Part shown: positions 16,135 through 25,181 of the stretch, one piece after another | Numbering within the stretch: the stretch's first letter is position 1 | Layout: each line of letters starts with the position of its first letter | IMG/VR virus record: IMGVR_UViG_3300042294_003038 | Location: 1-32,440 of that record | Reading direction: 5' to 3' (one strand) | DNA: 32,440 nt | Source of the DNA: a virus | Taxonomy: Duplodnaviria > Caudoviricetes | Made by a program: the position numbers and the translations under genes | Notes under the pieces: generated by a model | The model's input: only the letters and a program-made list of their open reading frames with translations | The model's database searches: none | What the model was told of the DNA's origin: nothing

Positions 16135-17013
16135 TTATTTAATCAATGTCTGAATCTTTTCAAAGGCTTTTTGGGCTTGTTCGCCACCCGTTTGCAACCA
16201 CAAAGCCATTTGCTCAATATCGGTTCTTGTACTTTCGGGGGCAAGCATTGTTATTACTTTGCCGTTTTCCCAAGTGTACGAATTATTCACGTTGTCAAAG
16301 ATAATCTTCTTTTTGTCTTTCGCCCTTTGTACTGTTCCTTGGTACAAAATTGATTTTGAATCGTTGTCGTGCATTTCAATAAAGTAAGCCGGTTCATTTT
16401 CAGCCATATCCTCAATCATATTGCGAATAATGTCAATGTCATGTTCGTCCCAAGTCATTGCATCACTAAACATTTTCGCTTCGGCATCCGACATTTTTTC
16501 GGCAATATCCATTGCCTTTTTCCGAAGGCTTCTTTCTGCCCTTTGTTCGGTAGCAAGGTTCTTTTCGTCAATGCGGTAGAACACTTTGTACCCTTCTTTT
16601 GAAAATATCCCGTTTTTCATCTTTGGGTGAAGTTCTAAGAACATTGCAGTAGAAATACCTTCTGCTGAATCCAATTTGATTTCAACGATACCACGATTTT
16701 GCCCAAGTACCTGTATTTTACCCCATATTTCAACCTTTTCGCCCTTTTCATCCAACTTATCTACCAACCCTATTTTAACTGAATTTTGCGCACCTTTTGA
16801 TATGTACGGGTCGGTAATTACGAAGGTGCGGGGCTGCAATGTGTAAACGTGCGGCCAAACTACTTTGCCATCCTTTTTTTCAGGGTCAGGATTGTCCTTA
16901 CTAATGTCGAACTGATACCTTACTGAATCTCCAAATGAAAGAACTTTTGTTTCAATTTCTGCCCGAAGTTTTTCGGAAATGGCATTGATTTTGCCGATTG
17001 TTGTTAGTAACAT
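16135..17013 (-). CDS. hypothetical protein after the major capsid gene, 292 aa
   Basis: Clean ORF; position matches the conserved post-MCP gene of this phage type (inference). Confidence 0.8.
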   Translation of the reverse strand: MLLTTIGKINAISEKLRAEIETKVLSFGDSVRYQFDISKDNPDPEKKDGKVVWPHVYTLQPRTFVITDPYISKGAQNSVKIGLVDKLDEKGEKVEIWGKIQVLGQNRGIVEIKLDSAEGISTAMFLELHPKMKNGIFSKEGYKVFYRIDEKNLATEQRAERSLRKKAMDIAEKMSDAEAKMFSDAMTWDEHDIDIIRNMIEDMAENEPAYFIEMHDNDSKSILYQGTVQRAKDKKKIIFDNVNNSYTWENGKVITMLAPESTRTDIEQMALWLQTGGEQAQKAFEKIQTLIK

Positions 17014-17032
17014 TTTTTATGATTTGGTAGTT

Positions 17033-17076
17033 AAAAATAAGGGGCGGGCGATGTAAAACCCGCCCCCTTTTATTTT
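17033..17076 (-). terminator. intrinsic terminator after the major capsid gene
   Basis: Perfect 8-bp GC stem GGGGCGGG (17041-17048) / CCCGCCCC (17059-17066). T-tracts follow on both strands (TTATTTTT on -). Confidence 0.8.
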
Positions 17077-17086
17077 AATCGGTAGC

Positions 17087-18451
17087 TTACACTACACGAT
17101 ACTTTTGGAAATGCTTCAATGCGATTGCTTCCAAGCCCTGATTGGTAACCCAATCGGTAGCCAAAGCTAATGTACCGCTTGTAGGCACAGGGGCAAGTGC
17201 GCCTGTCTTAATTTCGGTAATCACACCATCGCTTGAAATGTTTGCACCGGAACCTGCAAATGGGCTTTCCATGTAGCGGATTTGCAAGCGGGGCTGACGG
17301 CCATTGTCAACGGTTTCCACGCTGTCGGTAGGTACTAAGAACATAGAACCATACACATCAGGTTCAATGGTTGCGCTGAATACATCGGGGTTGTCGAAAA
17401 TCGGCATATTCATAAAGTAGAACTTCTTGTTACGATAAGTAACCATGTCCACTTCCAAATCCAATGTTTTGCCGTCAATCATCATCCTTACCGAAGTAAC
17501 ACCTGCGCTGCCCAAGTTCTTAAAGAACACATCGAGTATGCCCTTTACTTTGTTGGACATGAAGCACATATAATCGGAAGGGGCTTTGTTGGCAATCAGG
17601 TTTTCAACGATTTCGTTCATTTCAGTAAACCCGAAAGTACCCAATGTGGCTGCGCTGTCGGTGATACCGTAGGTGGTAACATACCAATTCAAACCGCCTG
17701 TGGTCTGTACGCCAAGTCCCGAAGTTACGTCTTGCAAGAACGGGTTTTGGTCGCTGTACAGGGTGTCGCTTTTCACACCGTTAATCATCTGATAGCTGAT
17801 GTCGCCATTCAGTTTGATTACCTTTTGAATTAGCTGATAAGGCAGGATAAGCTGCTTGCCGTTTACGGTAAATTCAACCTTGGCAACCTTCTGTACGTCT
17901 GTGATTTCATCAAACTCACGGAAGATTTGGGTTTGGTTGAAATACTTGGTAACGCTGTACCTGCGGTTGGTAAGGCTGGACGATTTTTCGCCCGATGCGT
18001 TAGAACCGAAAGATACTGTGTTACCGTTGGCAACGTAAATGGGAACGCTGTTGCCTGCAACTGAACGGGCTGTGATGGTGGCTGTACCTGAACCATAGGT
18101 TACTGCGGTAATGTAGCCCTGTACACCTTCGCCTTCGTTGTTAGAGTTGTTGATGTTGATAAGGTCTGTTTTGCGGGGAAAGCCACTGTTGGTGTTTACC
18201 ACGAAAACAACCTGCGCTGTGCCGCTGCCACTTGTAACGGATGAAACGGTGCATTTTACACGCACGTTATCGTTTACCCAATTGTGGTAGGTTGGCATGG
18301 AAGTCACCTTCCTGCGGTTTACCAACTTCATAATATCGGTAAATGCCCTGTCACGACTTTCATCGTAAATATTAGGGTCTATTTCCCTTTGGTCAAGGAA
18401 CTCCACCGCCGACACGATGGATTTTTGCATAATACCTTGCGTAACTGCCAT
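17087..18451 (-). CDS. major capsid protein, 454 aa
   Basis: Follows portal and scaffold and precedes a strong terminator. HK97-like landmarks: HNWVND, YFNQTQIFR, TTGGLNWY. Confidence 0.85.
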   Translation of the reverse strand: MAVTQGIMQKSIVSAVEFLDQREIDPNIYDESRDRAFTDIMKLVNRRKVTSMPTYHNWVNDNVRVKCTVSSVTSGSGTAQVVFVVNTNSGFPRKTDLININNSNNEGEGVQGYITAVTYGSGTATITARSVAGNSVPIYVANGNTVSFGSNASGEKSSSLTNRRYSVTKYFNQTQIFREFDEITDVQKVAKVEFTVNGKQLILPYQLIQKVIKLNGDISYQMINGVKSDTLYSDQNPFLQDVTSGLGVQTTGGLNWYVTTYGITDSAATLGTFGFTEMNEIVENLIANKAPSDYMCFMSNKVKGILDVFFKNLGSAGVTSVRMMIDGKTLDLEVDMVTYRNKKFYFMNMPIFDNPDVFSATIEPDVYGSMFLVPTDSVETVDNGRQPRLQIRYMESPFAGSGANISSDGVITEIKTGALAPVPTSGTLALATDWVTNQGLEAIALKHFQKYRVV

Positions 18452-18522
18452 TGTATAAAATTTGAGTGTGTTTTAAAAAAAAATGTTTGTTGTGTGGTTT
18501 GGTTGTTACGCCCTGCTATCTT

Positions 18523-19713
18523 TTAAGTCACTTTCCCGTACTTCGCCATTTGTGCTATTTCCGAAAGCTGTGGTTCGGGCGGCACATTTGATTGCGTTGT
18601 TTGGATTGTGCTTGGATTTTCGATTGGGTCAATCGCCTTTTTAGAACCTAAAGCCTTGTAGTGCTTGGCAAGTTCAACAAATAACTGCTTACCATATTTA
18701 GCGGTGGCCGCCACTAACATTTGGTGTTCGGGGTCTGCTTGTAGCGTAAAATCTCCGTTTGCGTCCTGCCCTACCTTGAACAAACTTTGAACGAACTTTT
18801 CTCCGTTATAAAGTATGTCAGGTAACTCATTTGCATCTACGGGGAAATTAAAGGCTTCACCGCCTTCCCCAAATGTAATTTTGTTATCTGTAAGAACTTT
18901 TCGATAGTACGGGCTGTCCAATACGGACTTGCGGCTATCATCTACCAATTTCCTTTGCTGCTCAATTACGGGGTCAACCATAGGTTCAACAGCGGCTTTT
19001 TCAGGTGCGGGTGGTAGCAATTTGCTTTGCTGCCTTGATACAAATTCAGGCCGGAACTTACTCACTTTAGCATCAAGAAGGAGTTTTCCCCTTCGTTGTT
19101 CTTCTTCTGAATAGTCGTCCGTCATTTTGTACTTGTGCAGCACTTCATCTTCGTAAAGCACTTCAAGTTGTTCTTCCGTTGCATCGGGATATTCTAAGCG
19201 AAGTTGATGCCTCATCAATTCCGCTGCGTCCATCTTTGTGTAATCGGTCGCCACTTCTTTCAGGTACTCCGTAATGTCGCCACCACTTTTCCAATGTTCT
19301 AAAAAGTTGACCATCCTTTCATCATATCCCAATTCTTTCAGGATAGCTGCGGGCGGTTCTTTTTGAAGTTGTTCCTTCCAATTGACTTCCGTTGGCGGTT
19401 CTGCTGCTATTGGCTGCGTTGCCACTATTGGTTCGTCCGTTGGCTTTGCGGGGGTGTCTGCCTGACCTTTTACCGGTTTAGAATCCGTTGCCACAACGGG
19501 TTCTGTTTCGGTTGGGTCAGCGACCACTTCCGCTTTATATTCAGGTGCTTCTTCTCCCTCATTCACTAAGCGGGCTGATTTCGCCATCTGCGCCATAAAA
19601 TCAGAAGGCAGGTCAATTGCAGGTTGTGACTGCGGTTCGACTACTACATCTGTTTCAGGTGCGGCTGCGGGTGCTTCTACCGCTTCTGCGTTTCTAAAGA
19701 ACTTTACTTTCAT
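18523..19713 (-). CDS. putative capsid scaffolding protein, 396 aa
   Basis: Acidic Pro/Glu/Ala-rich disordered N-terminus and helical core; immediately upstream of the MCP. Confidence 0.65.
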   Translation of the reverse strand: MKVKFFRNAEAVEAPAAAPETDVVVEPQSQPAIDLPSDFMAQMAKSARLVNEGEEAPEYKAEVVADPTETEPVVATDSKPVKGQADTPAKPTDEPIVATQPIAAEPPTEVNWKEQLQKEPPAAILKELGYDERMVNFLEHWKSGGDITEYLKEVATDYTKMDAAELMRHQLRLEYPDATEEQLEVLYEDEVLHKYKMTDDYSEEEQRRGKLLLDAKVSKFRPEFVSRQQSKLLPPAPEKAAVEPMVDPVIEQQRKLVDDSRKSVLDSPYYRKVLTDNKITFGEGGEAFNFPVDANELPDILYNGEKFVQSLFKVGQDANGDFTLQADPEHQMLVAATAKYGKQLFVELAKHYKALGSKKAIDPIENPSTIQTTQSNVPPEPQLSEIAQMAKYGKVT

Positions 19714-19743
19714 TTGATTTGGTTTAAGTTCCGCAACATAATG

Positions 19744-20208
19744 TTACAGAACGGTTATTTCAATTTTTGTATTCTGCATCGTGTGATACTTTGTGCCAGG
19801 CGTTTCATCATAATAAAACTTACCTAAAATCTGATGTGCGTCCCCTGTAACTTCAATTTTTTTAGCATCTACCAACCCCTGCAATTTCCCCTTCAATGTT
19901 TTGTTTACCACTTGTTGCTTTTGGCCGCTTTTGAACTCAATCCGCAGAAAATCGTTAATTACCTTCGTGCCTTTCCCTGCGTAATTGAGTAACCTTTCTT
20001 CAAAAGTTTCGCCTTCAAGTTTTGGCGGTTCTACTACCGTTTGTTGGCTGCCGCTAAAAATGATGATTTTCGGTTGCGAAGGAATCACCACTTCTTCGGC
20101 TTTAATTTCAGGCGGTGTTGGTTCTACCGCTTGAACTGAAATAGGTTCGGGTATATTTACCTTCTCTACTTCTTTTACAATCGGCTTTTGTTTGGTTGCT
20201 TTTGCCAT
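19744..20208 (-). CDS. hypothetical protein, 154 aa
   Basis: Between portal and scaffold; Pro/Glu-rich N-half. Confidence 0.8.
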   Translation of the reverse strand: MAKATKQKPIVKEVEKVNIPEPISVQAVEPTPPEIKAEEVVIPSQPKIIIFSGSQQTVVEPPKLEGETFEERLLNYAGKGTKVINDFLRIEFKSGQKQQVVNKTLKGKLQGLVDAKKIEVTGDAHQILGKFYYDETPGTKYHTMQNTKIEITVL

Positions 20209-20225
20209 AAATTGTTTTTCGGTGT

Positions 20226-20253
20226 TAAAATTAGGTATTTTTTAATTACCAAA
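20226..20253 (-). promoter_or_regulatory. possible promoter for the head genes
   Basis: On the - strand, TTTG-N16-TAATTTTA (one mismatch to TAnnTTTG, short spacer) in the portal/154-aa gap. Confidence 0.35.
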
Positions 20254-20262
20254 TACTTTTTC

Positions 20263-22650
20263 TTACTTTTTTTCGTTCCCGCCCGTTTCTTTTTTCATTC
20301 TTGCGGCTTCAATTGTGGCTTGGGCGGCTATTTGTTGGCTTATTTGCTTGGCTTCACCTTGGATAGCTGCACTTCCCACACGACCTTCATTGTCTTGGTC
20401 GCTTATCTGCAACTTGGTCATGTTGCTTTCTGTGTTCATCCGATATTGGTAATCAAGTTTCAGCCTTTCCTTCTCTATTTCGGCCTGCAATTCCATTTGC
20501 TTCATTGCCATATCAAACTGCATTTTCATTTGCTGTTGTTCGGATGCGGCTTGTTGGGCAATCATAGCGGCCTCTTTCGCACCCTGATTATTCAACTCAA
20601 TTTTCTGCATTTCCTGCTGCTGCATCATTTCCTTGTTCCGCTTCACCTTGTACGACCAAATCATTTCCGCCTGCTTCACGTTATGCGTGTTTATAAGCGT
20701 AACAGAATCGCTACTATCAAGGAATCCCGCCCTAATATCTTCTTGCATAGCCTGCAATAGCATCATCTTTTCGGGTTCGGTCGTTTTCTTTTGCAGCATA
20801 ATGCCGTACTCCCGCAATGATATGTCGGGGGAAATTGACATTATTGTAAGAGCATTTATGTTTATGGCAAGTGCATAACCTTCAACCGCCCCTTTCTTTA
20901 ATGCCTGCTGCGTTCTACGAAGAACATCGTATGCAAGTCTTTCTGTAAGGTTTGTTTCGGCAGCGGCCAACGGGTACAAGGCATCGTTTGTGCTTTCGTT
21001 TGCCATTTCGTACCCCGGCACAAGCGTTTTTGGATTGGGGTTACCTGCGGTAATTTGATTGTAGCCTGTCATGCGCTCAATTTCGGATAGACTAAACTGC
21101 AAATCCTGCACCAACATCGCCAATTCGTTTGCTACGCTGTTTTCAATTGGGATTACGGGCTTCCAATTGTTTCCCTTGGGCGTACCATCTTCATTCACGC
21201 TACGACCTACCAATACGCCTGTTTCAAAGAACATAGTAAGCAATTCCTTTGGCGACATGGATGCGCCACCCTTGGATAGTGCCACCGATTCCATAGCGTC
21301 AAGGTCAATCCACCAACCCGAAGGAACTAATCTGTTTTTGAAGTTTTGTAGTTTGTATCGGGTTAATTGGTATTCGTCTATGTTCGGGATTACCCTTTCC
21401 ATCATGCCCTGCGCCTTCATTTCATACAAATTCATGGCAATAAACTTGAAGGATAGTTCGGTGTCCCATTTTTTCTGCGGCAAATTGCTGCGCTTTTGGT
21501 CGTAGGCAAGCCCAAAATCGTAGGCTTTGTCTGTCCCTACAATCCATTTTACTTTGTAAACACACTTGAACTTTTTACGCTTGTACTTTTCGCTTTCTTT
21601 GCCCCTATTATAATCGGCAGAACCGAAGTCAATGTTGCCGTTTTCGTCTGTGGTGTCCTTGTAGGAATAGCGGTCGTATGAATAGAACTCCAAATCCAAT
21701 ACTTTGCACTTAAACTTGTCATACCCCCTAAACCCTGTATAACCACGATATTCAAGCGGATTCCCCCACTTACCTGCAATGCTACCCGCAAATGTTTGCA
21801 TTTCTTCATCGGTAAAAATAAGGTTGCCGTCTTTATCAGTAAAAGTGGCTAAATCTACAAGTGAAACATCAATGGCTGCCCCTGCGTGAACTATATCCGA
21901 AAAATCAGCTTTGCGGGAATAAGATATGATTACATCTTCGGGGTTTACCCTGTAAAAGTGCGGCTTGTTGTCTGTCCCCAACCATTCCCGATAACCCGCC
22001 ACGCCATAGTCAAATAAGTCCTCGTATATTTCTTTGCGCCAAAAATTGTACTTGTTTTCAAAAAAGCCAAGTTCAACAGCCATTTCTGCATCCTTGCTCC
22101 GGTTAAATTGTTCGCCCATAGTCAGCCGCATTTCCAATTCTTCTATATCCATTGGTTCGCCACGCTGCGGGGCTATTAGCGGGTGGTTGGCTAATTCTTC
22201 ATTGCCTTCTTGCATAGCAAGTTGGCGTATCATTATTTTGGTTTTAAATTCGGCCAAGGTCGTCTGCAACTCACTTTTTGCTAAACTATCTACGGGGGTG
22301 GCTACTATTTGGTAGTCGTTTTTCATCAGGCGGGAAATCGCCATATCCCGATACCCCGAAATAATTGGCCTAACCGACCAATCAATAGAAAGCCATGTGT
22401 TTTTGTTTTGTTCATCAATACCCAATAATGTTTGATATTGACTTATGGGCTGCTTACCCATAGCGTAAAGGCGAAACTTTTGGTAGTCGCCTTGGTTATT
22501 GGAAAAAATCCCTTTGGGGATGCCGTAGGAAAAATCCGCCCACGCTGCTTTAGCATAAGCTACACACCAATCTAACCCCTTTTTTCGGGGGTCAATGTTA
22601 TGGTCAGGATACGGTGTTATTGTCCCTTTAAGCGGGTCTATGTATTGCAT
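20263..22650 (-). CDS. portal protein, 795 aa
   Basis: Directly after TerL. Large size, RLYAMGKQPI and IDWSVRPII segments, and a Gln/Glu/Met-rich C-terminal coiled coil typical of podoviral portals. Confidence 0.88.
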   Translation of the reverse strand: MQYIDPLKGTITPYPDHNIDPRKKGLDWCVAYAKAAWADFSYGIPKGIFSNNQGDYQKFRLYAMGKQPISQYQTLLGIDEQNKNTWLSIDWSVRPIISGYRDMAISRLMKNDYQIVATPVDSLAKSELQTTLAEFKTKIMIRQLAMQEGNEELANHPLIAPQRGEPMDIEELEMRLTMGEQFNRSKDAEMAVELGFFENKYNFWRKEIYEDLFDYGVAGYREWLGTDNKPHFYRVNPEDVIISYSRKADFSDIVHAGAAIDVSLVDLATFTDKDGNLIFTDEEMQTFAGSIAGKWGNPLEYRGYTGFRGYDKFKCKVLDLEFYSYDRYSYKDTTDENGNIDFGSADYNRGKESEKYKRKKFKCVYKVKWIVGTDKAYDFGLAYDQKRSNLPQKKWDTELSFKFIAMNLYEMKAQGMMERVIPNIDEYQLTRYKLQNFKNRLVPSGWWIDLDAMESVALSKGGASMSPKELLTMFFETGVLVGRSVNEDGTPKGNNWKPVIPIENSVANELAMLVQDLQFSLSEIERMTGYNQITAGNPNPKTLVPGYEMANESTNDALYPLAAAETNLTERLAYDVLRRTQQALKKGAVEGYALAININALTIMSISPDISLREYGIMLQKKTTEPEKMMLLQAMQEDIRAGFLDSSDSVTLINTHNVKQAEMIWSYKVKRNKEMMQQQEMQKIELNNQGAKEAAMIAQQAASEQQQMKMQFDMAMKQMELQAEIEKERLKLDYQYRMNTESNMTKLQISDQDNEGRVGSAAIQGEAKQISQQIAAQATIEAARMKKETGGNEKK

Positions 22651-22652
22651 GG

Positions 22653-24794
22653 CTAACTTGCTTTTCTGTATGGTAAAATATCTTCAATGTTTCTTGATTG
22701 CTGATTTGGTAGTTTGTACTTTTTCCCTTTTACGGCTATTAGGGTTATCCCCGCTGCCATAGGTTCGTCAAATTTCTGCGTATCGTCAACTTTGAAACCC
22801 ATCCACCCGTTTGTTCTTTTATCAATAAGCGTTTTAAAGTAAACTTTTTTGATATGTTCGTTTATGTATGCTTCTGTATAATTGCATAGCGTTTGAATAA
22901 GCGCACCCGCCCCGCTTCCGCCCGTGTAAATGCCTGGTTCTACTTCATTTGGCATCCACATCAGAAAAGCATTGCATTTCCATTGGGCAAAATGTTCTTT
23001 CCAATGATTTACGTTCCTTTCAAACAACATTTGGCAGCCGCACCACCACGACATTTTTAATATATCCATATTTGCCGACTTTGTGCTTTCTGCCCTAAAC
23101 AAATATCTTAGCACAAATGTATTGTTAAATTGTTGATTTTGTGCAATATCCTCCATTTGGTAGATAAAAGCGGCACAATTTGACCTTCTTTTATCTTTTG
23201 TCTTGTCGTAGCGAAATGGGTCGCACCCGCCCCGAAAGGCATAGTTTTGGTTCGGGTGCAGCATCCCGTTCCTTTCGTAAACGCTGTTTGAGTTCCTTGG
23301 CAGCCATCCTTTCGCCTTTTCAAATCGGCCATTTGGGTTATCTACCCACTCAATTGTATTCGGAATTAGAATTACATTTTCCTTTTCATCCAATACCAAA
23401 TTGCCGTTTTCATCCTTTTTCTCAATCCAAAATTCTTTACCGTCCTTCCATACAAGGTCGCCCCGTTCTGTAAACGAATCGCCCCACGAAAGCCGGTCAA
23501 GTTGTTCTTGTAATAGGATAGGGTTGTACAGCGAACTTTCGCCATCAGCGGAAAATGCTTGCTGAATAGTCATTGGATTTTTACGCTTGGCGGATGCCAA
23601 TTGGCGAAGTTTCCCTTCCGACTGTAAAGCGTTCCATGTATTTAAAAGGAATGTGGCCGCCCGTTCTTCATCTGCATAGCCGTACTTATCAAAGTAGAAC
23701 CCGTGATGGGCAGGAATGAAAATGACATACATCCCCGTAGTTGTTCTATTGTTTTCGTTCCTTTTTAGCGGGTTGCTATCGTACACAAGTTCCTGAAATT
23801 CGTGGTCGTCTGCGGTCGTTTCTTCCACTTCCACCGTTGTCGTGTAAAGTTGCTTACCCTTCATCACACCATCAATTTCCGAACAATACCGAACTGTATC
23901 TTGGCGAGTTCGGATGCTTATTTTCTTTTCTACTTTGCCCGCTTCGTCCGAAATATAAGTATCAAGTTCGGGGCCATCATAGTAACCTTCGCTTGCGGGG
24001 CCATAGTCAATCCAGCTTTCAAGTGCATCTTCTTCTTCCCTTTCTTCAAGGGCGGATGCCCCCTTTCGGCTGCTATGGAAAAACCTTAGTTCGCTTTCCC
24101 CCTTCATTGTGTCGTAGATAGGGCGGAAAAAGTCGGGCAATCTTTGCCAAGGCTGATAAATTGCTTTGGCGAAAACTTCTGATGCACTTGGGTCGTCCTT
24201 TGATTGGATGCCGCAATGCTGATTGCTTGGCGGGCGGCTTGTTCTTTCGTATGCCCAACAACCACTCAATGCGGTTTTCCCAAGTTTCCTTTTAGTTATG
24301 TAAATCAGACCAAGGCTATCGGGGTCGGTGTCGCAATATGCAAGGCAATACCAAATACGCATATCGGTAAAGCGGAAGTCCATGTGCTTGCCTTGAAACC
24401 GCCAATAATTCACATACAGATAGTGCTGCCCCGTAATATATTGCAGTTCGCTTTCTTTTGTTTTTGGGTTGTAGTTCCAAAACCACACGCCACAAAGCCG
24501 CCTACGCCACTCTTGGCTGCGGAATTTTTCGCAATGTTCATCCACATAGTACCGGTCAAAGCGTTGGCGTTCCTTTTCCATACGCCTGCGTTCTGCCCAC
24601 CACTTAGGTAGTGGTTGGCGTTCCCAATGTTGTTCTTCGGGGTTTTCATCCCGCTTTAGTATGTCTGTTTCCTGCAACTCACCCGTAAGCACGTTTACCC
24701 CGTAACCGATAGGCGGAACCCAACAACGGAATTTGAAACCAAATGCGTTGTCGTCTATTTCATAAATCGTGCCGTCCTTTACGGGATGAAACAT
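22653..24794 (-). CDS. terL: terminase large subunit, 713 aa
   Basis: Walker A KRKLGKT, Walker B YISDEAGK, nuclease acidic motifs GGCDPF and KFDEPMA; also YITGQHY. Confidence 0.93.
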   Translation of the reverse strand: MFHPVKDGTIYEIDDNAFGFKFRCWVPPIGYGVNVLTGELQETDILKRDENPEEQHWERQPLPKWWAERRRMEKERQRFDRYYVDEHCEKFRSQEWRRRLCGVWFWNYNPKTKESELQYITGQHYLYVNYWRFQGKHMDFRFTDMRIWYCLAYCDTDPDSLGLIYITKRKLGKTALSGCWAYERTSRPPSNQHCGIQSKDDPSASEVFAKAIYQPWQRLPDFFRPIYDTMKGESELRFFHSSRKGASALEEREEEDALESWIDYGPASEGYYDGPELDTYISDEAGKVEKKISIRTRQDTVRYCSEIDGVMKGKQLYTTTVEVEETTADDHEFQELVYDSNPLKRNENNRTTTGMYVIFIPAHHGFYFDKYGYADEERAATFLLNTWNALQSEGKLRQLASAKRKNPMTIQQAFSADGESSLYNPILLQEQLDRLSWGDSFTERGDLVWKDGKEFWIEKKDENGNLVLDEKENVILIPNTIEWVDNPNGRFEKAKGWLPRNSNSVYERNGMLHPNQNYAFRGGCDPFRYDKTKDKRRSNCAAFIYQMEDIAQNQQFNNTFVLRYLFRAESTKSANMDILKMSWWCGCQMLFERNVNHWKEHFAQWKCNAFLMWMPNEVEPGIYTGGSGAGALIQTLCNYTEAYINEHIKKVYFKTLIDKRTNGWMGFKVDDTQKFDEPMAAGITLIAVKGKKYKLPNQQSRNIEDILPYRKAS

Positions 24795-24797
24795 AAA

Positions 24798-25181
24798 TTA
24801 TCCTGTTTTTGCTAAATTCATTAATGATTGTGGGCTTGTGGCCGTCAACTTTGGCTTCCCTTCTGTTTCGTCAAATTCAACCTTTAATTCCGTCCTAAGT
24901 TTGGAAAGTGCGGAAATCTTTTCGGGCAATTCATTGTGCATTTTTTCGGTTCTTTCCCAAAGCGCATCAGCGGATTTTTTGCCTGAAAGTATATCTTCTG
25001 TTATGGTGAAGGTATCTATATGCTTTATCTGCTGTTCCAAAAGTTTTTGGTACGCCATAAACCCTTTCATTTCAAGGCTTGTTTCTATGCCTATGCCCAA
25101 CTTCTTTTCGTAGTGGGCAATCATCTTGGCTTGGGCTTCGGCCTTGGCTTCAAGTTGTTCTATTCTTTTTACTGCGTCCAT
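24798..25181 (-). CDS. helical protein upstream of TerL, possible terminase small subunit, 127 aa
   Basis: Position and size only. Confidence 0.45.
   Translation of the reverse strand: MDAVKRIEQLEAKAEAQAKMIAHYEKKLGIGIETSLEMKGFMAYQKLLEQQIKHIDTFTITEDILSGKKSADALWERTEKMHNELPEKISALSKLRTELKVEFDETEGKPKLTATSPQSLMNLAKTG

Noticed and set aside
22653-24794. Intein or intron in TerL
   Set aside because: The ORF is continuous, no splicing or homing-endonuclease motifs are seen, and the length is plausible for this terminase type.
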